64,000 nucleotides of DNA, from IMG/VR virus record IMGVR_UViG_3300037297_000386; one strand, written 5' to 3'. Below are positions 9,260 to 18,707 of this stretch, piece by piece. How positions within the stretch are numbered: the stretch's first letter is position 1; each line of letters begins with the position of its first letter. Under the pieces are notes generated by a model, which saw nothing but the letters and a program-made list of their open reading frames with translations, was not told the DNA's origin and searched no databases. The DNA is from a virus. Taxonomy: Duplodnaviria; Caudoviricetes. The position numbers were made by a program, and so were the translations under genes.

Positions 9260-10729
9260 TTATTCCGTTGGTAGTTCTTTCTTAATTTTCCCAACTGGTT
9301 TGCTCATCAATTCACCAGTGTCTATTTGTTTAGTTACCGGCACAGATGGTTGTTTTGGTATAACAGGGATAGGTGCTTGTTCGAGTGTCTCATCCCTATT
9401 TTTCGTACCTGATCCACTACCACGCAATTTGGCTATTATATTTTCAATCTTGTTGCTTGCATATCCAAATGATTCTATCATTTTGGCTTGGGCATCTGTT
9501 AATTCTGGAAAATAACTTGCCATACCAAGATCGTTTAACAAAATATCGATACTAGCCAATTCACGTATCATATCACGCGATTTAAGCGATTTACTTATAG
9601 ACTCGAGACGATCTATAATAGTTTGTATAGTAGACATCTGGGTACTTTGTGGCGGTAGATCTGGATCTTTTGATTTTGCTTCTGGTAAAGATTTTAACAC
9701 TTCACTATCAATTTGATCTTCTGCGCACTTATATAGATAAGCGGCCCCTTCGATAAATCCACATTTGTTCATTATATTAGCAGAACGAATTACACAATCT
9801 TGTAAAGAAGCATAAACGTCCAATTTATTTACACTCTTTTCCAATTTATAAAGTTCGTCATACACATTATCTAAATCTTGTTTAGGCAAAACATCATTAT
9901 ATTTTTCTACTAATCTTTTAAAGGAGCGTAGTCGTGCTTTCATTTTATTTTTAAACTGTTTAGCCTTATGTAGCTCTTCTTCACGTTTTGTATATTCTTG
10001 TTTTTTCTGTCTTGTGGACATATACATTTTATCGTTTGAGCGATCTTCTCTATTTACCCAAGACTCAGGAATAGAAAAAGCTGGCTCAAATGCTTTCTTG
10101 ATGAATTCGGCGGTTTTCACGTTATATTTCTCCGCAGTTCCATCTTCATAATATCGCATCCAATTTATAAATTTTTGTTTTTCATCTAAATCCCAATTTA
10201 ACGTAAAATTATTTATTGCATCTTTACGATTAAACCTTTTATTATGTATAGAAGTATAAATATTCTTCAACGTGTTAATCCATTTATCAATGTCATAAAT
10301 TTGCCCTCTATCTTCTTTACCAGATATATTAGGATAAGCTTGTTTCGATAACTTATTACATAACCATTTATAAATCAACAATCTATAATCAGTCAAATCA
10401 TCTAAATTATAATCTCCGCCACGTCTATGTTCCATCATAAAATGATGTAAATCTTTCCTTTTATGCGGGTCAAGCTTTATACCAAAAGTGTCATCTAAAA
10501 TATCATCAGAAAATCGTAAAACAAAAAAATAAGCATTATAATCATCTTCATTATCTACACCTAAATCACTGGCATATTGGGCATCTTCAAGTAATTCATC
10601 AACCAATGCCTCATCTACACCATTTTGTGTAACTTCCTGAAGACGCTTTTTCATATAATTATTAATTGTGCCTTTTTTAAATGCTTGTGAAATTTTATTT
10701 ATCATCGAGTTCCTCTTCGAATTCGGCAT
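9260..10729 (-). CDS. Hypothetical head-region protein with several K-x-A motifs
   Basis: 489-aa ORF; LSKQAY, VKTAE, IKKAF, LYKCAE. Confidence 0.5.
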   Translation of the reverse strand: MPNSKRNSMINKISQAFKKGTINNYMKKRLQEVTQNGVDEALVDELLEDAQYASDLGVDNEDDYNAYFFVLRFSDDILDDTFGIKLDPHKRKDLHHFMMEHRRGGDYNLDDLTDYRLLIYKWLCNKLSKQAYPNISGKEDRGQIYDIDKWINTLKNIYTSIHNKRFNRKDAINNFTLNWDLDEKQKFINWMRYYEDGTAEKYNVKTAEFIKKAFEPAFSIPESWVNREDRSNDKMYMSTRQKKQEYTKREEELHKAKQFKNKMKARLRSFKRLVEKYNDVLPKQDLDNVYDELYKLEKSVNKLDVYASLQDCVIRSANIMNKCGFIEGAAYLYKCAEDQIDSEVLKSLPEAKSKDPDLPPQSTQMSTIQTIIDRLESISKSLKSRDMIRELASIDILLNDLGMASYFPELTDAQAKMIESFGYASNKIENIIAKLRGSGSGTKNRDETLEQAPIPVIPKQPSVPVTKQIDTGELMSKPVGKIKKELPTE

Positions 10730-11423
10730 CTTGTAGGTCTTCTAATTTTACTGGCTCTAATAATGCTTGTGGTCTATATGATGTATTAGATATTTTTCTA
10801 TTAAGTCTTTCTAAAAACATCATTGCCTTCTCCGGTTCAAAATAATCAATACATTCGCGTATTACATCCTGTATCATTACTATTTGATCGTTAAACACAG
10901 TAATATTTACATTATGATCAACAGTTTTATCTGCCAATCCTTCTACAAATTTTTTATACTGGCCAAGCAAATTCATTTGTCTGTCCATAAATTGCCTTAA
11001 TTCTTTATCTCCTTTAGATGCTTGTTCTTCACCACTTGCTACAGCGTTAAACCAATATTCCATTCTCGTTTCTATAATTTTGTCTAATTCCAATATTCTT
11101 CTTGCCACATCTAGTTTGGAATCAACTATTTCATTTATCTTACGATTATAAGCATCTGAGGCTTCAAGCTGCTTTTGCCGTTCTTGTTCCTCTTCTATTT
11201 GTTTTTGAGTGCGTCCGGCTTCTTGTATATCTTTAAGAACTTTTCCTTCTAATTGTAAATTATCTTTTCTAAATTTTTGAAGTGTTACCGACGAAAGCCA
11301 TAATTTCTTATTACTAGAATATTTAGATTTTAACCAAGCTTCTATTTTTCTGACAGATTCTCCGTTATTAAGTTTCTCAATTATTATTTCTTTATCTGGA
11401 TGATTTAATATTTTCTTACTCAT
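10695..11423 (-). CDS. Helical protein with N-terminal HTH-like segment (possible terminase small subunit or regulator)
   Basis: HPDKEIIIEKLNNGESVRKIEAWL suggests an HTH; long coiled coil; acidic tail; within the packaging block. Confidence 0.35.
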   Translation of the reverse strand: MSKKILNHPDKEIIIEKLNNGESVRKIEAWLKSKYSSNKKLWLSSVTLQKFRKDNLQLEGKVLKDIQEAGRTQKQIEEEQERQKQLEASDAYNRKINEIVDSKLDVARRILELDKIIETRMEYWFNAVASGEEQASKGDKELRQFMDRQMNLLGQYKKFVEGLADKTVDHNVNITVFNDQIVMIQDVIRECIDYFEPEKAMMFLERLNRKISNTSYRPQALLEPVKLEDLQDAEFEEELDDK

Positions 11424-11538
11424 AATCGAATCTCTTTGCCGCGATGTTCATTATAGTAGCCTTTTACAAGATTATATGTTTGTGAACTATTAGGACATTT
11501 TCCAGTCTTTATTTTGTTGACAATACTTACCACATTTC

Positions 11539-12675
11539 TTAATTGACGACATTTAGAATTTTCTCCCTTGAGTCAAACAGTCTATGTGGTACAGAATAGC
11601 CAGCAGAATCAGGAGTTTGTGCAGCAACCGAAGATCCTGGATGTTCATTCCCATCATAATCTGTCCATCCAGTTTCCCAATTATACACCTGGCCATCTAT
11701 CGGGCATTGATAAGTATTTTCTCCAATCCTACCCATCATCACACCAATATGTTGTGGGCAATGACGAATGCTTAAATGCCCAGCATCTACATGTTGTTGT
11801 GTATTAACATGATGTTTATCTCTCCCTTCGCGATCTATCCTTTCTTGCTCAGTTTTCGGTTCTCGGGTTTGAAGGGAATGGTGATATTTAGAATCATACC
11901 TCTTGCTTTGTTCTGTATCACCTTCACCTTTATAGTCTAAAAAATCTTCAGCCTGCTTTTTAATAAAATTGTCTATAAGATTTGCCTCTTCAATTGCCCC
12001 GACTTTATCTAATCTATCGGCTAAATCAGCGAGTTTTTCAAATGTCTTGCCTGTAGCGCCAAGACTCAACTCCTGGTGTTCTGCTGGAGGAGGAAGAGCA
12101 CCTTCATCATCCTTTACACCATATTGTTCATAATGATTATCCAAAAGCTTTTTCAGATTATTCAGATTATTTTCATGTGGATGCTTAAAATACACATCCA
12201 AGAAAGTTAAAATATGATTTACCCAATCAACTTTGCCAAACTCATCTTCTTCTATATATCTATCTTCGTAATCTGCATGTTTTTGCATTTGATTCTTGAG
12301 TCCAGCAAATATTCCACCTTCTCCAGGGCCATATTCTTCTGACCATTTTATATATTTTGCTAATTCATGTACTAATTCATCATAACGTTCTGCCGTTGGA
12401 TTGCTCAAAAATTCTTTAACCATTTTAGGTATTGTTGATGATTGTTCTCTAGCACCTGGTATACTTTCTACTAATGGTACTTTAGTTTCTTGATATGATT
12501 CTACTGGTTCATATTCTGGTAAGTCCAAAGACACTTCATTTCCATTTTTTACTACATTGTTATTCAATTTAGACAAACCCTCAATTAAACCATCAATTGC
12601 TGCAGCTTTTTCAAATTCACCTTTCTCATCTAAATGATCAGCTAAAGCTATTAGTTCTTTTATATCAAATGTCAT
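11539..12675 (-). CDS. Hypothetical head-region protein with a duplicated helical module and a C-terminal Cys/His motif
   Basis: ELIALADHLDEKGEFEKAAAIDGLI and KLADLADRLDKVGAIEEANLIDNFI; CPQH...CPID near the C-terminus. Confidence 0.5.
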   Translation of the reverse strand: MTFDIKELIALADHLDEKGEFEKAAAIDGLIEGLSKLNNNVVKNGNEVSLDLPEYEPVESYQETKVPLVESIPGAREQSSTIPKMVKEFLSNPTAERYDELVHELAKYIKWSEEYGPGEGGIFAGLKNQMQKHADYEDRYIEEDEFGKVDWVNHILTFLDVYFKHPHENNLNNLKKLLDNHYEQYGVKDDEGALPPPAEHQELSLGATGKTFEKLADLADRLDKVGAIEEANLIDNFIKKQAEDFLDYKGEGDTEQSKRYDSKYHHSLQTREPKTEQERIDREGRDKHHVNTQQHVDAGHLSIRHCPQHIGVMMGRIGENTYQCPIDGQVYNWETGWTDYDGNEHPGSSVAAQTPDSAGYSVPHRLFDSREKILNVVN

Positions 12676-12685
12676 TTTTTTCCCC

Positions 12686-14434
12686 TTATGCCATAAATAT
12701 TTTAGCTGAACTCATAGCTGCTCCACTTTCATTGCTTGGATTCAGCTTTTCTCTTTCTACTGCCGTACGTAGTCTGCAATTACCATCCTCTCCAACTACT
12801 ACCTTGTGCATTGGCACACCAAAATGCCCACAACGAGGATATATAGACCCTTGACCAGCTGGAATCATTTTTGAACATGATTTTTGTTCATTATTTTCCA
12901 AATTAGCTTGCTGCATAAGAATATAATGATAATCTGCGACAGCATTTTTAAAATCCTCTTCAGGAAATTTATCTTCTATCTCTCCTAGCACTGCTTCACA
13001 TGTAACATAATCTTTGTCGCTAGCCGCTTTAAGTATCTCATCTTTCAATTCCGGAAGAGTCATATAAGAAAATGCTGTTGAACAAGATATATTTGAACTG
13101 GAAGGCGCTGGCAAACTTATAGCAAAACGTTGTAGCTTATAAGTTGTAAAATCCTCAACTAATCCATCATAAGCGAAATAAGTTGGTAACAACGGTAAAT
13201 ATTTATCACCAGCTACTGCTTGCATTTCAATTGGGACTTCTATTTCAGCTGGTCCTTTAGGAGTATTAATAGTAGCCAAATAAACAACAGAGTCCCCACT
13301 TTCGCTGCCAAATTTTACTTGAGCATTCTTAAATCCTGCCGATATTAACTCTTTGGCAACCATTTCTTTACCTTTGCGAATCGTATCCATACCAAATATA
13401 CTGGCAGCTTCGAGAATATCGTCTTCAAAATCTCTAGCTAGATGTGCAAGTTCTTGCGGCATCTCAACATTTTGCGTTGTGTCAATATTCGGTCTTCCCT
13501 CTTCATATTCGCGATTAACAAAAAGATTTGGTACATTCATGTCTATATCTTTATCAGCATCTTCAAATAACCCTTCAATATTAGTACGCATTTCATCGTC
13601 TGTGGCCGCCATTTTAGTATATCCAGTTAAAATACCAACCACTGTTAATACATCAGAAGCTTTTGGAACACTGAAGTCATTACTTTCTGATTTAGCATCA
13701 ATAAAATATTCCAGATTATTCTGTGTAAGCTCTTTGAGATGTGTATTAGCGACAAAAGTACTAGGAAATAGAACCCTGTTATCTCTAATTTCGGTAGGGA
13801 TAGCAACTGTCACTCTACCCTTCCTTGTATTAAAATGTGCTGCATATACTATAATATTAGGGTCTCCGCCCATTATTTCCACATCATAATCTTTTTGTCC
13901 AAGTGCCTGAAGTTCCGCTGATACAAACCCTATTCCGTCCTGAGCAATCCTTTGATCAAATGCTTTAATTGAATCAATACTTCCACCAAATACTGATGTT
14001 AAAGCATTTACAAGATTTGGATTAGTCATATCATCTGTCGTTATATGTGAATCCTCGGCATCAATACGATTCATTCTAGTATAATCCTGGTTCCTTGACG
14101 AAAAATCGGCCTTCTTATTCAAAAGAAGATGACCCAAGATGTCTCTAAATTTAGATTCACCGCTCAAACGAACAAAATGATTGTGAATTTCAGATATTTG
14201 AGATTGATTTATAATTTCACCTGGAGGAGCCTTCTCTGCCATTTTTTCAATAGTAGATGCAACCTGCCTAATAACAGGATCCTCTGGATAACGTTCATAT
14301 GCAGCACGAGTAACATTATAAACGTCCTCAAGCATAAACTCTTGCCCATTTGTTGTAGCATCGAGCGCTGCTTTAGCGATTCGGGCTAATTCGCCAATGT
14401 TTAAACTGCCAGTCATGTTTGTGTTCTCCTCCAA
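12686..14434 (-). CDS. Large hypothetical protein with internal duplication
   Basis: 582-aa ORF; two similar segments (FNTRKGRVTVAIPTEI and INTPKGPAEIEVPIEM); central YTKMAA; C-terminal Cys cluster. Confidence 0.5.
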   Translation of the reverse strand: MEENTNMTGSLNIGELARIAKAALDATTNGQEFMLEDVYNVTRAAYERYPEDPVIRQVASTIEKMAEKAPPGEIINQSQISEIHNHFVRLSGESKFRDILGHLLLNKKADFSSRNQDYTRMNRIDAEDSHITTDDMTNPNLVNALTSVFGGSIDSIKAFDQRIAQDGIGFVSAELQALGQKDYDVEIMGGDPNIIVYAAHFNTRKGRVTVAIPTEIRDNRVLFPSTFVANTHLKELTQNNLEYFIDAKSESNDFSVPKASDVLTVVGILTGYTKMAATDDEMRTNIEGLFEDADKDIDMNVPNLFVNREYEEGRPNIDTTQNVEMPQELAHLARDFEDDILEAASIFGMDTIRKGKEMVAKELISAGFKNAQVKFGSESGDSVVYLATINTPKGPAEIEVPIEMQAVAGDKYLPLLPTYFAYDGLVEDFTTYKLQRFAISLPAPSSSNISCSTAFSYMTLPELKDEILKAASDKDYVTCEAVLGEIEDKFPEEDFKNAVADYHYILMQQANLENNEQKSCSKMIPAGQGSIYPRCGHFGVPMHKVVVGEDGNCRLRTAVEREKLNPSNESGAAMSSAKIFMA

Positions 14435-14437
14435 AAA

Positions 14438-15154
14438 TTATGCTTCCAAAAACTCTGCATTAAGTTTGTTTAATATATCTACTATTTGTTCTCTATCAAA
14501 ATCTCCAACTTTTCGAATCGCATAAGCTGCCATTTGAACAGCTTCTGCAATGTCGTCTTCTCGATCAACGGATTCTTGCCCTAATGGTTCTTCTTCAAAT
14601 CCTTTACTCAAATCTTCTTCATAATCTCGTCTTTCTTGCCAGTAAGGATCATTTTGTCGTTCCCATTCTGTTGGTGGCTCAGCAGCCAACGATCGTAATT
14701 CAGGAAATCTCGAAACTAAAGAATTTAATTTATCTTTTGGCTGTGAATTTAAAAATTTAGATGTAAAATTTTTATCTGATGCCAATTTATTAATTAGACT
14801 TTTTTGGAAAATATGTATATCTTTATTTGTGAACCCATATTCGGATGAAGAAAATCGTTGAATAGGATAATTTTTATACACAAGAGTGATATTTCGGCCA
14901 CCGCGATCTGATAATGCTTTCCAATGGCTTTTAACTTCTAGCGCTTGAGACTCAACGTCATCATATTGAGCAACCAGATATTGGTCTCCATCATCACTCT
15001 CTTCCAAAATCCATAATGATTCTACGGGAGAAGAGTTCAATTGAAACACATCAAATGCAATTTTTGTGAATAGATGTTTGTTTGATTCATACGGTATTTT
15101 ACTATTATTAGGTGTCACATCCTTGGCTAATTTAGTCCAATCTAAAGTTTCCAT
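14438..15154 (-). CDS. Hypothetical protein with acidic C-terminal segment
   Basis: Start placed at METLDW behind AGGAG; acidic segment follows LRSLAA. Confidence 0.5.
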   Translation of the reverse strand: METLDWTKLAKDVTPNNSKIPYESNKHLFTKIAFDVFQLNSSPVESLWILEESDDGDQYLVAQYDDVESQALEVKSHWKALSDRGGRNITLVYKNYPIQRFSSSEYGFTNKDIHIFQKSLINKLASDKNFTSKFLNSQPKDKLNSLVSRFPELRSLAAEPPTEWERQNDPYWQERRDYEEDLSKGFEEEPLGQESVDREDDIAEAVQMAAYAIRKVGDFDREQIVDILNKLNAEFLEA

Positions 15155-15349
15155 TACACAGCTCCTACGAAAATTTTCAAATATAGGGACTGGATAAACC
15201 ACTCCCGACACTATTAGAATAGAATATTGATAGAAAGCGTGGATTTATAGTAAGATGGGAGATTTTTATATTAAAATAAAAAAATCGACGGGATTTTTTG
15301 CATCCGGAGCGAAAAAATTCGGATGGGATAAATGATTATTTTAAAACGC

Positions 15350-15381
15350 AAAAAAGCCGGATAACCAAAAGATTATCCGGC
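15350..15381 (-). terminator. Rho-independent terminator after infC
   Basis: Perfect 9-bp stem GCCGGATAA/TTATCCGGC with 8-nt loop, followed by six U on the minus strand. Confidence 0.85.
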
Positions 15382-15405
15382 ACTTAATTAAATCTTTATA
15401 TTTGT

Positions 15406-15882
15406 CTATTTTTTGGTAGGAATCAAGAATGCAGTTAAATTTCGTCCATCGAATTCAGACATTTTATCTACCACTGCTAGATCAGAATTAAGCAATGAAT
15501 TAATTATAAAATTCATTTTTTCTAAACCAATATCTTTTAATACTATTTGCCTTGCTCTAAATTGCATAGTTATCTTGGTTTTTAAACCTTTTCCAAGAAA
15601 TTCTTTAATATGTTTTAATTTTATATCCAAATCGTGTTTGTCTATCGAAGGACCAATTTTAACTTCTTTAACTTTATGGGTTCTTCTATGTGATCTTTGT
15701 TTCTTTTGGCGTTTCCTCTGTTCATATTTTAATTTGCCGGCATCGACCATCCTATATACATTTTTGGCCACCATTATAATGCTTTTATTAAATTCTTTAG
15801 CCTTTTGTTCTGCAATCTCGATAGACATATTACCAACTTTTCTACCATCTTCTCCAATAAGTATGACATTCATATTGTTCAA
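15406..15882 (-). CDS. infC: Translation initiation factor IF-3
   Basis: VILIGEDG..VG.M, DAGKLKYEQRKRQKKQR linker, VKEVKIGPSIDKHDLDIKLKHIKEFLGKG.KTKITMQFRARQ, DGRNLT. Confidence 0.9.
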   Translation of the reverse strand: MNNMNVILIGEDGRKVGNMSIEIAEQKAKEFNKSIIMVAKNVYRMVDAGKLKYEQRKRQKKQRSHRRTHKVKEVKIGPSIDKHDLDIKLKHIKEFLGKGLKTKITMQFRARQIVLKDIGLEKMNFIINSLLNSDLAVVDKMSEFDGRNLTAFLIPTKK

Positions 15883-15908
15883 CTTTCTTTTTTAAAGACC
15901 CAATAAAC

Positions 15909-16367
15909 TTAATATTCACAAGTCAAGCACTCTTCTCGCATTTTTTTTAATATTTCTATTATTTTCTTATTATTAGCGCACAACTTTCTTATCTTCTTTA
16001 AAGCCCCTCCGTATCGCTTTTTTTGATTATTATAGTCTATATTACCCTGAAGTATTTTATGTATAGTAGTCTGATGTTTTCCAAGTTCACTCGATATCTC
16101 GTTTTGAGTCTTACCTTCTAAATACGTCATTTTCATTACTTCTTTTTGTTTATCAGTAAGACAGTTTTCTACCACATACATTACCTCACTAAGTAATTCA
16201 TTTCTAAGTTTTTGAAATTCTTCAGAACATGATTGAGTAGATAAAAAAGCACTCATTCCTTCTTCATTAGAAAAATTATTAAGCAAATTAGGATCAATAC
16301 TTATTTCTACATAGTTATTAGAAATATCTGGGTCCCCCGAACTACTACAGGTAAAATTTTTTGGCAT
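15909..16367 (-). CDS. Sigma-70 region-4-like HTH protein
   Basis: LTDKQKEVMKMTYLEGKTQNEISSELGKHQTTIHKIL; no region 2 recognisable. Confidence 0.7.
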   Translation of the reverse strand: MPKNFTCSSSGDPDISNNYVEISIDPNLLNNFSNEEGMSAFLSTQSCSEEFQKLRNELLSEVMYVVENCLTDKQKEVMKMTYLEGKTQNEISSELGKHQTTIHKILQGNIDYNNQKKRYGGALKKIRKLCANNKKIIEILKKMREECLTCEY

Positions 16368-16381
16368 TCATTCCTCCTAAT

Positions 16382-17149
16382 TTACCATAATGTTTTTATT
16401 TCCACATTATCAAAATTTGTCCTTTCTCCAGTAAATAATTTTATATCGCCGCCCTTACGCAAATATTCATCCAAATCCTTATACCCACGCGGAGTAAACT
16501 CATACGTTAGATTGATATGCTCAGTGCGACCAAATCTATTCATAACTTTACTAGCACTAGTCTTACCAGCTTCGTCATTATCAAAAAGTAAACATATATT
16601 ATTAGTATATCTAGACAAAATAATTAATTGTCTTTCTGAAAATATTGTTCCACAAGTTGCAACAACATTATAAATGCCTTTTTGATGGGCCATTATTTTA
16701 TCAAAATAACCTTCTACAACAAATACTTTATTTGTTTCACGAATTGATTCTATTGAATGATCTAATCCAAACAAATAAGATGTTTTTTTATAAGAACTAT
16801 TTCTATATTTTGGTACTCCTAGACGCTTACGTTTTTTATTACTCAAAAGTGTTCTTGCACCAATAGCAACTGGAACACCACTAGTATTGCATATTGGAAT
16901 TACAATAGGATATATTTTAAATTGGCTATGATCAGCGTTCCATATTATATTTTGTTCCCTAAGTTTTTTTGGATCAAGATTATGATATTTATAGAGTTTA
17001 CGTAAATCTTCCGGAAAAGCACCTAATTTATAAGTACTAATTATTCTGTCAGTTACACCCCTGCGTACCTTCAAGTAGTACATTAAATTTTCACTATTTA
17101 ATAATAACTTATGGCAAACATTAGTTAATTCGACAAAAAACTGGTTCAT
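16382..17149 (-). CDS. dnaG: DNA primase catalytic core (DnaG N-terminal plus Toprim), lacking the zinc-binding domain
   Basis: YYLKVRRG, IVIPI, IGAR, PKYRNS, LFGL, VVEGYFD, VVATCGT, LLFDNDEAG, KDLDEY. Confidence 0.88.
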   Translation of the reverse strand: MNQFFVELTNVCHKLLLNSENLMYYLKVRRGVTDRIISTYKLGAFPEDLRKLYKYHNLDPKKLREQNIIWNADHSQFKIYPIVIPICNTSGVPVAIGARTLLSNKKRKRLGVPKYRNSSYKKTSYLFGLDHSIESIRETNKVFVVEGYFDKIMAHQKGIYNVVATCGTIFSERQLIILSRYTNNICLLFDNDEAGKTSASKVMNRFGRTEHINLTYEFTPRGYKDLDEYLRKGGDIKLFTGERTNFDNVEIKTLW

Positions 17150-17529
17150 TTTTTATTCTTTTTTCTAGACTTTTTCTTTGTTGCGCCATTGTTTAACCCG
17201 GTATCTATCTTTTTTAATTCTCCGGCCTCTTCTATTGCCAACTTGAATGACGCATGTATTTTTATCGGATTGTAGCAAATCTTACATATAGTCTGGTTAT
17301 TTTGGTCCAAAACTATTTCACGATTAGTTCTACAATTTGGGCAGGCAAACGTAAAAGCCCGTCTCTCTGATCTAACAACTTGCCCAAAACTTTTCAAAGT
17401 ACGTTTCATGGGTTCAGATATATTACTAATAGGTTTGCCACATTCTTGGCAAATTACTTCCATAGTCTCGGTATCTAAAAGAGCATTAGATGTTTTAGAA
17501 CACTTTTTATTATTACACATTATTAACAT
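17146..17529 (-). CDS. Double zinc-ribbon protein
   Basis: CNNKKC, CQEC, CPNC, CKIC; basic tail. Confidence 0.55.
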   Translation of the reverse strand: MLIMCNNKKCSKTSNALLDTETMEVICQECGKPISNISEPMKRTLKSFGQVVRSERRAFTFACPNCRTNREIVLDQNNQTICKICYNPIKIHASFKLAIEEAGELKKIDTGLNNGATKKKSRKKNKK

Positions 17530-17574
17530 ATATTTCTCCTTGATTATCTTATCAAAATACTAATTTTTACATTA

Positions 17575-18690
17575 TCACTCATCAATATCTTCATCATTTA
17601 GTAATAATGGCTTAACACAATTTCTTTTAGCTTCCTTAGCACGTTCTAATACATAATGTTGTAATTCTTCATTATTAAGTAACATATTAGCCATGGCTTC
17701 TTTTCCATTGTATTTTATACCATCTAATTCCCATATCTTATTATTTGGACGTTGAATTATTCCATAACGAGCTCCTATATCACGCACCTCTATGTGTTTA
17801 TCCACTACACCTTCGGTATATTTAATTCCAAATTCTGCAGTTCTAAACGGTGGGGCCTTTTTATTTTTCTGTATTTTGGCTCGTATATGATGACCAACTT
17901 GATCACCATCTTCTTCAATTCTAGACTCTTTACCAGTAATAATACCGAAATTAATCATTTGAGCACAGGCATGTTTTAATGCTTGGCCACCAGGAGAATT
18001 AGTAGGATCACCATACATAACCTCTGGTTGGAATCTAAGTTGATTGATTGCAATAAAAAGAACACCAGTAGATGTTAAGAGAGGAGTAAGTTTCCTTAAT
18101 TCTGGCGGCAAAAATCTTGCCATCAATGCTATATTCGCTTTACCAGGTTTGCTTGCTTCTTCCATTGGAGTACTCATGGCTGCCACACTATCTAACACTA
18201 TAACACCTAGACCGGTACCACCTGTTTCTAGCTCTATGTCTAAAATTCCTGGTTTTACTTTTTTGACTTCGCCGGTTCGTTTGTTTGGTTTTCCAGGAAC
18301 ACCTACTAACCTAGAAAATATCTCAGCGCCCTTGTTTTCTCTATAAACCATGAGACGTGATGTATCAACGCCCAAATATTCAGCCCAGTCTTGTTGGTAT
18401 GTAAATTCCGCGTCAATAAACATAGCCCAATTTGTCGAATCTAATTTTTGCCACTCAGCTATTGTAGACAGAGACATTAATGTTTTACCAGATTGTTCAA
18501 ATCCAGCAAATTGAACGATATGTCCTTTTGGTAACCCCCAAATACCTAATGCGTCATCAAGCGCGTAACTTCCAGTAGATATGACATCTGAATAAGTGGT
18601 CATATCACTATTTCCAGAATAAATACCTTCGTTACCATGCTGTTTTTCCATTTCTTTCCAAGTATCTGCCATCGTTTTACGTCTACTCAT
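17575..18690 (-). CDS. recA: RecA/UvsX-like recombinase
   Basis: ISTGSYALDDALGIWGLPKG, GFEQSGKT, FIDAEFT, IVLDSVAAM, INQLR, SPGGQALKH, KNKKAPPFRTAEF. Confidence 0.95.
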   Translation of the reverse strand: MSRRKTMADTWKEMEKQHGNEGIYSGNSDMTTYSDVISTGSYALDDALGIWGLPKGHIVQFAGFEQSGKTLMSLSTIAEWQKLDSTNWAMFIDAEFTYQQDWAEYLGVDTSRLMVYRENKGAEIFSRLVGVPGKPNKRTGEVKKVKPGILDIELETGGTGLGVIVLDSVAAMSTPMEEASKPGKANIALMARFLPPELRKLTPLLTSTGVLFIAINQLRFQPEVMYGDPTNSPGGQALKHACAQMINFGIITGKESRIEEDGDQVGHHIRAKIQKNKKAPPFRTAEFGIKYTEGVVDKHIEVRDIGARYGIIQRPNNKIWELDGIKYNGKEAMANMLLNNEELQHYVLERAKEAKRNCVKPLLLNDEDIDE

Positions 18691-18707
18691 AATTACTCCC
18701 AGACATA

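Noticed and set aside
15870-15900. Autoregulatory ATT start codon for infC
   Set aside because: TTG (15882) and ATG (15873) are available and no suitably placed in-frame ATT is evident.
5242-17564. ATTAGTAT as a phage late-promoter motif
   Set aside because: Two apparent intergenic copies (5242-5249, 5398-5405) fall inside the small 5238-5414 ORF, and such an AT-rich 8-mer is expected several times by chance.
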